Positions 49,585-63,389 are shown, counted from the stretch's first letter. The stretch is 64,000 nucleotides of DNA from Bugula neritina (GCA_964035545.1 OZ037766.1:4826722-4890721), one strand, 5' to 3'. The notes: generated by a model from the sequence alone, not told the origin. Made by a program: numbers and translations.

Positions 49585-52500
49585 TGTAGAAGTTGGAGTG
49601 TTACTAGGTATATCATTCTCTAACTGTAAAAACACTGGATTAGTACAAACTTGTGAAACGTGCTTTAGCAGTGCTATGGGTTCACTATTGAAGGCTACAG
49701 CCACACTGATATAAGTTAGAACTACACCAGTGATCAATAGTAGGGCAGTACCCTTTGTAAAAGTTAAATCAGCAACATATTTTACCATCATACAGCTTAC
49801 GTCCCCAGATATAAAAGATCTTATGTTGTGTGAAATTTAGGTCATGAGTTCAAAAAAGGTGCCAACCACACAATAAATAAACCTACATTCCTCGTCATCG
49901 TCCTCGTCCTTCAAATCCATTTCTTGCTTCATCTCATCTACTAAAATGTATAAAAGCACAACTATAATTTCCACACACCAACACATCTTAATCAATACAA
50001 ATAATCAATCAATATATCAAAAAGTTATTAGCATGCCTTCTACAGAATCAGAATTCATACCTGATTGTTCAGATTTCTCCAAGTCTTCAAATGTGATGAT
50101 ATCTGCAAAATAAAGCATGAAGGTTTAGCAACCGAAGGTACTTTAAAAAATGCTTCAAGGTGATTTGATGTACATTACCATCACATTAAAGAGATTTGTT
50201 GCATGTAACATGTCAGAGTTAACACAAATCTTTGCTATTGTTTGAAGGCAAAAAGTTTCCTGCAGTATTTACCCGTCTTGTCATGAAAAGAACATTACAG
50301 GTGTAGTAGAAAAAGAACTAACCATCTACGGCCCCCTCCATGTTGTCCATTTCATTCTCAACATCTTGATTCTTTTCATTATGCTCTGATGCCCATATAT
50401 TAAACCCTGCTGCCTCATTCTGATCAGTTTCTTTGCTCTCTCTTTGGCTATCAATTGATTGGTTAGTATCTTCAACCTTGTCATTTTCCTTTCCATTGTT
50501 CTCCACAGTCTTGTCAGTAGAGTCTGCGTTTGGTGGCTGAGCAATGTCTGCATCCACCTTGTCGTCCAATTTGATTTCTGATGCTGGCTGTATGACTCGT
50601 CTCAGTAATAACTTCAATGAAAACTCGTCTTTAGAAGACGCCAGAACTGTTTGAATTGGACCGAGAAGAGAGCCGTCTGCCATCAACGTCTGCACATCCT
50701 GCTGAGGAGGAGGCAGGGGGTTCATCAGGTTCAGCGTTTTCACACTCTTCAACTGTTCAAAGGTGAAGCCCAGACGCGGCTGAGACAGAACAGTGTTGGT
50801 GTTTTCTAAGACCTCCACCAGCCTGTACGGTGTCAGCTCTTTGGCAGGGGACGCAACTTCCTTTTCCACCATCTCTCGTGGTGGAGAAGAGATTTTAGGC
50901 AGAGTGATGGGCTTGACGTCAACAGGAAGTTCCGGGTCACTGTCGTCGTCGTCATAATTAACAGAGACAGTCACCAAGTCATCAATATTGTACTCAGGCT
51001 CCGGTTCAGCAGACTTGAGCGAATCTTTACCCTTATTAGAGTGTCTGTTGGTCGACCTAACGCTGTCGTGAGTCGACATGTCCGATATTCTTTCCACCTG
51101 TTAATTATCATGTCTACTCTCAACATATTTAAGCCAACAGCTTAGATAGATATTTCCTTACTATGATTACACCAGAAAGGTGTAGTAGCACATTTATGCC
51201 GCCATATAACATTCAAGTACTAACATTTACGTTTCATTAATAAATGTCATCTCCTGGCTAAAGGAAATATTGCATAAACTATAAACTATTTGTTGAATAA
51301 CACTCTATAACTCTAGACATGAAAAATTCACTTCAGAATTTTATATCATTCAAGACACATACATCTGATGGCAATTAGTGCATATAGATACAAGCATTGA
51401 CTAAACATCGTAAGATGACTATTAGATGATAAACCAATATAATACAACTTAGGGTGACCGAAACCATACCCACCTCATCGGGCAGGGTTGGAGCTTTGAT
51501 GCGGTCTGTTATATCGATGCTCTCGGTGCTTGTGCGGGGAGGAGAGCACACAATGAATGGCGCCGTGTGAATCAAAGCAGGCTGGTCAGAGAGCAGGTCC
51601 GATGTGAAATCGGAAAGGGAAAGAGTAGTTTTGGATACGGGCTTAGAAGTGGTCTTTGGTTTTTGGCCTCTGCTACGACGCGACGAGTAGACCCGGGTGA
51701 CTGGCTTACTCAACATTTCAGCAGGCGGTGAAATTGTTATATCATTTGTCTCTTTATCTTTATCTTCACCATCTGAATGGTAAACAGTGCAAACTTAATT
51801 AACACATGATAACAACTAGAGTTGCAAAAAACAGTTTAAATACTTTATTCTCAAGTTTATAGTCGACATAAATTATAAGAATTAAAATGACTATAACATC
51901 TCTCATTGATAATGAATGACCTTCACAGCTGAAAAACTGATGCTAAGGTAATACCAATAGATCTGTGAAAGTATTTAACAGCATTTGCCTCAAAATTGAT
52001 CATTTGAAATAAACGGATGACTTAAAATTGGTGCTTAGCCTGAATTTAGCACTCCTAAACATAGGGAAAACAACAACCAAGCTAGAGCTTTTAACTCCTG
52101 ATTTAATAACTTAAAAAGGCAAACAACTCCAGTTTATATCCATAAAAACATGTCAACTATTTTAAATGTTATTCTCATGAGATGCTGCAGTTTGGAACTA
52201 TACTGAGCATTACTCAGCATACCACTTCCAAATATGATAGCTAATGAGTCTGTGAATAACAACATATCTTACCAGCTTTAGAAGGCATCTGAGAAATGAG
52301 CTCAGCGAAAGAGGTGTCCTCACTTTCAGAGGTGCCAGCAGCTGACTTCACAGTAGTTTTCCGACCCTGTGGAGATGTACCACACAATTGACTTACAACT
52401 TGAAAATAATTTCATTCAATAAAAGTTTGCTTCTTTGAAATCAAAGCACTAGCGATAAGTTAAATAAGCTACTGCATTTTCGATTGGTTGAAACCCACCT

Positions 52501-52911
52501 TACAGCTGCTTTTCTTGTGTGTAATAAACTTTTCAAGTGACATGAAGACTGTATCACATGATTTACATCTAACCACCATGTCGCATTCTTCCGACAAGTC
52601 ATATTCGTCATAGTTTAGATCTTCGGACTTGCTTTCACCTTTTCCACCCGGCTAAGAATTTAAAATATGACGTTCAGAAGTCGCTATAAAAAGCTGTGAA
52701 ATATTAAAGTTTTGTAACAACGTACTGAAATATAACTCACCTCATTCAGTTTCCCAGCAGCACCCTGCTCCAAGGGTTCGGCACCCAATTCCAACTCGTC
52801 CATCTTAATAGATGATTGTGAACTTGCAGCTGCCTCCTCTCCATCATTAGATTTATGCCTCTTATTAGGAGACTGGGGAGAGGCCGGTCCGGCTCGTTTA
52901 AACTTGCCCAT
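44836..52911 (-). CDS. ZNF800-related zinc-finger protein (paralogue B), ~1117 aa. Exons 52911-52741, 52651-52499, 52366-52273, 51772-51474, 51097-50323, 50102-50061, 49940-49887, 49302-49037, 48839-48725, 48405-48176, 47932-47703, 47292-47052, 46428-46111, 45725-45465, 44940-44836
   Basis: 3354-nt spliced ORF with matching phases. EECDMVVRCKSCDTVFMSLEKFITHKKSSC (ZNF800-type C2HC), CFRC..HMSYQH, YPCIYC..RHLNKTH, CTIC..RHLKETH, CPTC..H..C; AT-hook-like GRPPGRP. Confidence 0.82.
46457..46600. repeat. 31-bp minisatellite, ~4.5 copies
   Basis: Unit ctagctcctcccacctacatctccacattgt. Confidence 0.85.
46730..46846. repeat. 29-bp minisatellite, ~4 copies
   Basis: Unit taatatatgtggaacttgcaatgtataca. 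Confidence 0.8.
47933..48142. repeat. 34-bp minisatellite, ~6 copies, filling most of a 243-bp intron
   Basis: Unit gcatttattacctcctttatcaagagagctaaaa. Confidence 0.9.
49328..49600. repeat. (AGT)n imperfect trinucleotide microsatellite
   Basis: Direct inspection; intronic. Confidence 0.92.
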
Positions 52912-53089
52912 GTCTAAAACATCTACAGAAGCACAGGCTGGTATAGTTAAACTTACAGTTATAGCATTAAACTTATAGTACTAGTATTAGTCAAACTAAA
53001 TGCAATATATTACATCATACTAATAATCTTATTCATAAAATCAAATATTCATAGTTACACTTTAAAATTGATAAATAGTAAAACTGAAA

Positions 53090-54075
53090 ATGAATGAACT
53101 ACTCACAGTTATACTAACATTAATAGCAGCAGAATAATAGAAATAATATTACTAATAGTAATGCTAATAGTACGTAATATACCAATAGCTAAAATTGATT
53201 TTTAACTTTTTTATTAGACTTTGATTTCGTCATTATGATTAGTCATTATCATATTGATATTCATATTGTTGTTTTATAATAAAAATAATAAAAAAACTCA
53301 CACACTCTTATATTAATAGTAGTACTTATAGTTATATTCATCTTTAATTTCCTGTTGAATTTGATATTCATATTTAGTTTTAAGTTCATATTATTATTAT
53401 TATTTAGTAAATACTATTATAATTATTTATGTTAACTTTAATATTAATATTATACTTCTTATAATATTATAATCATTACTATTAGTATTAGTATTACTAG
53501 TAGTAGTAGTAGTACTACTACTACTACTAGTAGCAATACTAAGTCTAATAGTAATACTATTACTACTACTATTAGTAGTAGTATTACTATTAGACTTAGT
53601 ATTGCTATTACTATTAGTATTACTATTACTATTAGGTTTAGTGACACTCATACCCACTCTCCTACTCAGTGATAGTTGATACTGACGGTCAAAATCAATA
53701 GTCATACTCATAGGTACTAATACTAAAATTATACTTATACTATAAATAGACATACTCATAGTTATAGTAATAGATTTACTGATGAGCTTTTCTAACAATA
53801 GACATTCAATTTTATAATTATAGTCATAGTGTGAAACTGAATAGAATTAATTACATTTACTACTACTACTAGTATTACTATTAGTATTAATATTACTATA
53901 ACTATTAAAGGAATGACGTGATTAACTTGAAGTAATACTAATTCAGTAATTAGCTTTACATTTACTGTTAGTGTTAGTGTTACTCATAACCGATAACATT
54001 AACTGTGTTTCAATTTCAATTTGACAGTTCACTGTCCAGCTTGAGTTTGACCTTCACTTTTACTTTGTCTCTGGT
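53090..54075. repeat. 3/6-bp-periodic low-complexity tract in the putative first (5' UTR) intron of paralogue B
   Basis: ACT/ATT/AGT/AAT triplet runs between a minus-strand donor (acttac, 54222-54227) and the acceptor at 52923-52924. Confidence 0.78.
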
Positions 54076-54227
54076 GGACGGCCATGTTGTTTTTTGGTAA
54101 CTAGTTCTTTCATGAAAAAAGTTTCCAAAATCTTCAACTAATTAAAAAGGGTCTACATAACATTTTGATTCAAATAATGCAACAACGTGCATATGGTACG
54201 AATATAAACACATGAACAACTACTTAC

Positions 54228-54535
54228 TAATTTTCTAACCCTGGAATTCTTTCAAACTAATTTCGACAGTTTTCTAATAATCAGGTCGAATAGTTTGAGG
54301 AAAATGCTCAAAAGTGTTACACGTTTTTATTGATTTGTGGAGAAAGGCTAGTTAACAGCGTGCAGTTGACATTCTTGGACCGATTTTTCAATTGGCCTAT
54401 CAATGACGCGCAAAATTTGATACTTTTATATTGAGCAAACAACTTCGTTATTTTAACAAAGGGTACACAACTCTTGAAAATTATCGGGCTTGGAGCTTTA
54501 TACAGCTGCTTCATAACTAAGCAAATGGCGGGGGT
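54228..54535 (-). promoter_or_regulatory. Putative first non-coding exon and promoter of paralogue B
   Basis: Consensus GTAAGT donor on the minus strand, locally more CpG, CCAAT (attgg ~54391), TGACGC and a GC box (ggcgggg ~54527). Confidence 0.35.
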
Positions 54536-56764
54536 GAATGCATGTGTTATCTTTGTAGTCTACATTTAACATTGTTGGCTTTAATTACCAATATAGCAAA
54601 AAAGATATAACTTAAAAGTGTACAATCAGTGTGCAAGCTCTAAAACAACAAAGAATAAAGTTATAATTGCATGGCATTTCATGTTTTAGCGATTGATCAA
54701 CAAAATTAAATGGGTGACAGAAATTAGGAAACCCTATTAACAGTGGCAGTGGAATATTACAGTTTTTGTTTGAATAAACATACCACACTAGTACAATAAA
54801 ATATTGAGGCAGCTCTACCAACCATATCTGATTCAATTATATACATGACATGTATAGTATCTCGACTCTAGTAATAAGTAATTAGCTTAAGCGACACTAT
54901 AACTAGAGGCTCATGTCTAAAACAATTGCAGTTTATTTATATTTTTTGACACAATCAAAGAATTACAAATCTTGCTTGAAGCATTGTACAGGTTGCGCTT
55001 GGAAAGCTATCGATAATTCCATTTTGCTTATGCATGATACACAAATTTCGGTTCACTCACATCAATCTGTTTGCTTGCATAAACAAGTGGGTCAATCAGT
55101 TTGACAAAATACAGAAATTGCAGCTCAGTTCATAGAATAGTATTGAATGCTAGAATAGATGCACAAATGGTGAACTTTATATTAAAGGAACTATGCAATC
55201 CGAAGAACATATGTTGACTCCACAGTAATTTAAAACCAAAACTTTAACAGGTGCATTGTATTTCAACATTTTGGTAGTGTTAAATGTTGCCACCTAAAGA
55301 CTATTATCTATATAAGTTTGCAATGTCTAAGATGATCATTCTCAAGCCTAAACTGCTGCATCATGATTTACTCAACAATATCATCAACCAATGCTAATAA
55401 GTTGTAAAGGCATTTTGAAGACTTTAAAAAACATATCATCCCAGTGTTGAAATTTTGATATAAACTGCTACCTGTTAGGTGCATTGAGTGGACCCCTTGC
55501 ACAATAAGATTACTGTATTTACTATTTTTTTCTCAAAAATAACATGCATTTTGTGTTAACTGGCATGTTTTGCAAGAAAAGATAAACAGTACAAAATTAG
55601 GAGCTTTTAGTTCACCTGGAAATTAGAGTCATTTATTAGAAATTTCTTAAGTAAAAACTGCCATCCTTGGAAGAGACCTATAGCGGATTTTTGTTGTAGC
55701 TGTACATAAATCATTACAACTATCGATGGTATTATCAAACAGTCGTGTAGTTATTGCATGGCATATAATATTGCTATTGTATTACAGCATATCATGCCCA
55801 TCACATGAAGTTACCTATCCAGTACATGTATACAGCCTGATTTCTAACACCTCAACTTTTTCCTTAGTTGTTATGATTAATGACCTACTTGTTAATTCAT
55901 GCCTAGAGATTATGTTTAGATAATTTACTATATTGTGCTGAATGAATTCTTTGCATCATCTCATTTTTCAATCTTTTCATCTTTCCTTATCTACCGACAA
56001 GCTGCTAATGCATAGAATTACTCTACTGAATATAAGGCATTACTCCTGTCCTGCATACATTTATTTATAGTACAACGTAATGTATATAAATTGATACAAA
56101 AATTTAATCAGCACAGTCATTATTATATTGCCCAATGCCAATGACCGAAATAAAATGTAGTTAGATATCAAAATATCAAATGAATAAAAAACGTAGAGAT
56201 TGCATAATATACATATATAACTAGAAAAAACACAACACTGGGCTATCTTGATTAATGGAAGCATATTAAGTGACAAATTAAGGTAACTTTCTGATCCACA
56301 AATATAAATTCAATAATCAACAGTTTCTCAAACTACTAAACAGAAAATTTAATAACTAAGAGATTCAAAACTATCGGCTAACTTATAATATCTGAATTCA
56401 ATTTATATATCAAAATCGTAAGTCAAAATATTTATATAATATAAATTTGAATCACCAGTACGGATATCGATGTTTTCACGAATGTCTAAAGAGTGAAATA
56501 AAAATAGCGCATAAAAATAAGTTTAGTATTTGCATATACCTGGTCACAGAGACAAACTTGTGCATTTCAATAAACAGTCTCGATCAATGAGCAAAATCTT
56601 ACGAGAATACTGAATGTGATTTGAACCTAAATATTTAACCTATTGAAAGTAAGGAAGACTTCTAGCTTGAGCATTTGATACAGACACAAGTAATTTTCAA
56701 CCCTCCTAGCACCATCAGCTTTTCAGCTGGCAAAACCAGAGGTTGTCATAATACTGCAAAGTAT

Positions 56765-59700
56765 TTAATCTTCAAGTGTGGAATCAGGAATGGCTTGAAT
56801 GAATTTGAGGAAAAACTTTTTGACGTCTTCACCTTTGCTCTTGCCAACGGAGAGCACCTCTTCATGGTGAGAAGCTGGTCCAAAACTGTAATCTAGTATA
56901 CAGTCGTTGGTCAACAAGCTCATTCCAAACACCTTCAGTCCAGCATGGGCAGCTACCACTGCTTCAGGGCACGTTGACATACCTATCATGTATGAAAGTA
57001 TGAGACATCAAACGAGTCTTTTAGTATCTATAACTACCACAGTTACTAGGAATCTAATAATTAACCCCAAAATATCCCTTAAACTGAAAACTTTAGCTAT
57101 AAACTTGGTGGTTTGTATCTGCTGCTATTAATACTCGTAACAGATTTTTCTTCGACTGGATAGAATGCATAGCTTATAGCGAACTACCAGCACTTTACTA
57201 TTCAGTTTGATCCATATTCCTTTCATGACTGTAGATAAAAGAACTTATTTTATCAGTGACACAACTTCAAATTTATTATATATTTTTGAGACTTGCTCAG
57301 TTATAATGAATTAATTGAGAAACTTAAATATTCTGTGATACTTATACAAGCACAACACTTCATAAAAATTCTATTATTTGAAATAATTAAAAATAATATA
57401 AATACAACTAGCGCAGATCATATTATATGCACCTACCCACTACATCTGCACCAACTGCTATCATCATTTTACATTCTGCTACACTTTCAAAGGAAGGTCC
57501 AGCATTCATAGCGTACACTCCTTCTCTAAGAGTAACGTTCAACTCTTTACCTACTTTCTCAGCGACATCTTTGAGCTCCCTGCTGTACAAGTCTGACAGA
57601 CCGTGGAAACGTGGGCCAAATCTGCAACCAGAAAAACATGGAAAACTGTTTATGACCAAAACATCAATTGTTTAACTTTCATTTAAATACCCCATGAAAT
57701 TGCTTTTTAAATCTTTGTTAGATGAAAATAGAGTAAAATATATACAAATTACAAAATAAATTATGTCAGCAAATTATCAATCAATTGTTATTATTCAATA
57801 AATTAGAGTTTTGCCTAAAGCCAATATTACTGTAAACCATCGTATAAAAAATAGTCAGGAAATCTAAACACTAAGTTTGCATTGAAAACAGCTACTCTAT
57901 TATTGGTTTTTTATAGAAACATTTATAGTATTTTAAATACAATTTACACCAAAGATAGTGCCTGGATAGAGCAACTATTATATTTTATAGATAGGATTCT
58001 CTTAGTGACAGGAAACTTCTAACACAAATAGAGTGCCTTGGTATATACTGCAACTTTTCGTGCCAGAAACTATGACTTTGTGATGATTTTCTTACAACCC
58101 CTACGCAGTATAATAGTTTACTACTAGTCTGGAGTCCGGCCATTACACAGTATAATAGTACAGGTTTACAACTAACCTGGGGTCATTGGGTCCTACAAGG
58201 GGGTTGAAACCCCCTAATGCAGGAAAGAAAATGTGATCCTTAATTATCATCAAATCTCCAACTTGAAAATTTTTGTTCAAATTTCCAGCTGCGTTGGTGA
58301 CACACAACACTTTCACCCCCATCAGTTTCATCACTCTTACCGGTAGAGTCACCTGCATGGGGAGACAATAGCTGATCAATTGAAACAATAAATATAATAT
58401 TGATAACAATAAAAGACTGGAATACATTGAAATCTAGGTGAGCTAGATCTCACATTACCTATCTTACCATCATCATTTGGTTGGTTTACAAAATCAATTG
58501 CCAGTTTAGAGTCATTTTTAGTTGCTCTAAAATCCAAACAAACATTATTAACTGACAACACTAAACCAGTCTCTCTATACTCAAACAGGCATCTTGTGAC
58601 ATAAAGGTTTTACACAATCCAGGAATGTGCATACTCTGCATAGATCATGGATACTACAATCATCTAGTTCTCAACACCTAAGACAGTTTGAAATAACAAA
58701 GCATCTGTAGAGAGAAAGGAATGTCTATTATGTAATTTAGTATTCTGTTATTGTACAAATAACAATCCCCACTATAGTTGCTAACTGCCAGTGCTAGACA
58801 TTTACACCACACCCAGTTGAAGGTGGGGAGCATAAAGTAGGATGTGAAATAGATGGCAGAGAAATGCATTAATTACTGTTGACATTTAATAGCGACATTT
58901 AGGAGTAAACAATTTTACCAAATATTTGCGTGGAAACTGGCACTGAAAAATGGACACAGCAACCTACAGGAAACTTTTATAAAAAGAAGCTAAAAATCTG
59001 ATAGTAGCCCTAGTGATCGCCTATAGCCTGGAGTGTAGGAGATGGGTAACCACGCCCTCCTAACCCTAAACTATAAATCACTCCGCAATTCCACACAAAA
59101 TGATAGGCTTTTACTTGCTATGACGAAATTATCTTGACTTTGCACGTTGATGCTTGTATCAACTCAACAGATATGTTATCTAGTGTTTACATTTCTCAAG
59201 GGCTTGTGCTACAGGCACCTACCACATATAGTACAGTTTTAACATCATTGAGTTGTAACACTAGCTCAGGGTTCAAAGTTATCAAGTACAATATGCAGGT
59301 CAAGATGGCATTATTTATCACCCCAGCTGTTCTAAATATAAATATTATAAATATAAACAACCATAAAGTTCTAGGTACAGCCGAACTAGAAAAGTCAACT
59401 GATAAGGATTGTATGATGGTGATAGTTAAACATGTGTTGTACTCTCCCCAGTGTAGGAATATGTAATGGTATCATAATACTAGGCAATAATTGGCAACAA
59501 TTAGGCCATGTTGCGACATACAGATGTCAACACTTGAATGTTGTACACAGAGGAATGCAAGTAACACCTATCAAATCAAGGTTGGGCAATCAAAACACAA
59601 GAGATGGAGTTAAACTGCATTAGAATCAGTAACATATTGGAGATTATAATATATCTCTTAGGCTGTCAACCAGATGAAATTCCTCGAGGATCCATATTTT

Positions 59701-61305
59701 ACAATTATAACTGTCTTTAATAAAATAAATGTTAGTGATTAACTTGTAATGAAAAGCAGAGAACATTTTCCAACCAGCTGGTAACAGCAGGAAACAGCTG
59801 ATACTAGGAACTTGTGACTCAATTTAACAGATGTTAGTGTACCTGAATCCCTTACTCAATAGAAAATAGCAACTCTTATACTAGTAGAGGAAAGCTAGAC
59901 AGGTGTAGTGGATTCACCTTACAACGAATTTGTCCCAATATATATTTACAACCATTGAACTATAACCAGTTCAGTGTTTACAACGCACAAACCCAGCAAT
60001 TTGTCTGGTAGCTTTACACTAAACAGCAATTACGTATCATTATACAGTACAATAATGTAGGATTATATAATATAGTACAATAATGTAAGATTATAAAAGA
60101 TAGTATAACAACGCAGCACCTACCTGAGACATAGAGTAACCTTCATACATGTGAAACCTGCCTTTCATGCAGACTACAGGGGTCTTGCCAATGTTCCCAA
60201 ACACTAATTTACCAGCATGTCCCTTCACTACAACAGATACATTTACTACTTAGCCTGTGGGATATTGTTTACATACACACTAGGGGGGGAGGGGTTGTAT
60301 TGTTTTGCAGGCAGGGGTTCTATGTAGCTATGGTACTCCGTTATCAACTACCATCTATCCCACATCTTAATAACACGTTAAATTATCACCTAGTGGTAAT
60401 TTATAAGCCCCACTGATGGAGGATAACTTTATCACAGCATGTCCATTAGTTGAAAATTAGCTCAAAAACTTTACAAGCAATCAATGTGTCAGTTAATTGG
60501 CACAGGATTGTTGCATTGTTATTAATGTTAAAAACCTACTGGGTGCACAAATAACCAGATATACAATAGCAGGCAACTAGATTAGATATTCAACAGGCTC
60601 TACTGGAAAGCACTCCAAAATGTTTTACGTACATCTATAGATTCTGTGCACAAGATGTTTGCTCATTGAATTAGGAATGATTATGAAGAACTGCATACCA
60701 ACCTATGACTTATGTTTGATAAAGAATAAACTTTAAGGATGAGCGACTCTACACTAGCACTTCTACAAACCTAAACTGTATATATTTATCAGCTGATGCA
60801 ATATTTTATCAGACCATACCTGTACTTATTGGAAAGCTAGGGATGTCTTTATATTCAACATCAACCTTGTCAATCAGGGTATCTGCTAAACCCCCCAGTC
60901 CTGTGCCACATATGATGCCTATTTTAGGGGGCTTAACGCCAGGCTTGGCAAGCAGGAATTTAGCGATTTCTTCCACTTTTTCATAAGTGTAGGTTGTCTG
61001 TGTTCGGTCCCTGGAAATAAGGTAAACGGACTAGATGACCTAGGGCTAGGGTGATGTAAAGGATGGTTGGTGCATAGCATAATCATTGTTCCTGTTCAAT
61101 GAAATCGCATGATCATGCATGACACAAAATTCATGCAAACTCCTGGTCAACGCATCAAGTGTTGGCACTCAAGGTGATAAATTAGAACGAATCTACTGAA
61201 AATGAACTAATAGAAGCCATAAACTAGGTTTATTGCCATCTACTTGACTTACTTATGCTGATTAAGAGGGCTTGTGGTAAAAGTAGAGCTAAAAATTGAT
61301 AGCAT
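56765..61305 (-). CDS. PNP: Purine nucleoside phosphorylase (trimeric, mammalian type). Exons 61305-61253 (start uncertain), 61010-60820, 60227-60124, 58352-58177, 57621-57437, 56982-56765
   Basis: [90 protein letters not shown]. Phases consistent. Confidence 0.95.
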
Positions 61306-63389
61306 GCCAATTTGTGGTTTTTGCTTGGCATTTGGGGTTGACTCTAAACCAAACAAATTTATTTTTTTCAATTTTTAAAGATGTTGATGTTAAATTTTAA
61401 AGAAGAAATGACAATAACTAGACTTAGTGGCAAGAATTAGAATTATCATTTATATACGTAGTTTACATTTTTATTGTCTGTGGCTGGACCCCAGACTGAA
61501 GTTACATCAAAGGTGTTGAGCTAGTATATAATTATATAACATTATATAGAATTTTCAAACAACATTTGATATTATTCACTTTCAAGCTTGTATGAAAAAT
61601 CCTTGCTATGATAAACTACGAAATTTTCAACTTACACACTTTCTAACATATATAGAGAGAATAAAGTCTATATCTACCATCACCATGGTTTATCAAGAGT
61701 ACTACCTACATCAGTTGTAAATCTAATACACAACAAATAAACGCAAATGATATCTAACTTTTCTTAACATCCTACCATAACTTACAACTTTTTAAGAGTA
61801 TGAATTTCACTACTCACATGCTTTGGTTTTTTTTCAGGCTTCAAATTTGGTCCTTTTAGCTTTAGCAGATTTTCCTCAATGTTTGTTTAAAAAGGAAAGT
61901 TCTTCTTGGTGGATTTTTGTAAAGGTTGGATTTCTACAAATAAGTATAAGGAGATGTTATTACAGCTACTAGCAGGATAAAAATGAGTGAAGAATTTCAC
62001 TTGCGATAACTTTATATTTAGTAAACAAATCTTATCTAAATGTTGACCCATGAGTTAAAAGCACGTGCTACCATTTAACGAGGCTTTGATTGGTTTTTAT
62101 TTGTCTAATCATAGCTATGGAAATTTCCAATCGCACAATGTACAGTCACAGTAGGCCAACAGAATTTATTGAATAGAAAGGACAACTCCAACATTAAGGA
62201 CAAAAATTGTAATAGAAAATTTAAAATCTTGAAGTGTGAAGAGTTAAAAGCTTATATAAATAAGGAATTGTTTGCTAGGTAGCATAATTGACAATTGACA
62301 ATAGATATCCACTAAATATCCTCATTTTTGTATGCACAGACTGCTACAATAACAATTTTTTTTTTATTCTAACAGCTTCCTTAAAACATTTTAGCCATAT
62401 GTCAATAATGAACAATGTTTTCTGAGCTTTATGGTCTGAATTGCACGTTGCTAATAAATAATTATTGGTCTGAAAAATCTAAATTATTATCTACCTTAGT
62501 TTTCAAAAACTGGCAGGCTGAAACTGCACAGGTCTATACACCACAGCATAATCAGTAAGATATCTAAATCAACACCTTAAACCATAACGGAACTCAAGTG
62601 CAAATCGAGTTACAGTTGCTTGCAAATTTATGGCGATATTGATAAAAACAGCATCTAGAAAAATCAGTTGAATTAAAATTACTTTTAGACTCCCTGAATC
62701 ATTGCAATTATGCAGTATTAAATCATCCACGTAAATACAACAATAGGGCAATAGGGCAATAGATAAATACAACTTCAGGGCAAACGCATTGCCTTTGCAA
62801 TAAATTATGTGCATATACGTGTTTTGAATTTATTGGAGATGATAGTTCAGTTACTGACTGCATTAGGTTTGGTGTTTGAGACACTATAGAACTGATACTA
62901 ATTATAGTTAACTTTGACTCTTAATACCCATAGCAGGACAGTTTTATTTGTTTTAACTCACTTAGCAGCATGTATAGCCTGTGTTTTAAACATTTAAGCC
63001 AGATTAGTGATTAATCTGAGTACTGCAGTACCAAAGAATAGCATGCAATAAAAATCAGCAACAATTAGTATCAGTTCTATAGGTCACTGAGCTTAACAGC
63101 AACGTTATCAGCAAGTGAGCTATCATCCCGAATTAATCCAAGACATGTATGCAAAAGAGTTATGGTAAAACCAATACTGGTAATATCATTATGTTTAGAC
63201 ATACCACTCTAAAGTTGATTTTAGCTGATAGCCAAGATATATCATTATATCAATATGTGAAACATTTATTACATTTACTAACTTACCACATAAATTTAAT
63301 GGTTCAGAAAGTTTTTAAATAACCACAGCTATTATGATTATAATAATTAATTGATAGATCTAATTTTTCATCAGTTTACAAATACAGTA

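Noticed and set aside
53427-53798. ORFs with alternating Ile/Ser/Asn/Thr or poly-hydrophobic residues (also 49425-49791, 17193-17393, 16093-16287)
   Set aside because: Translations of periodic or microsatellite DNA lying in introns; no splice or homology support.
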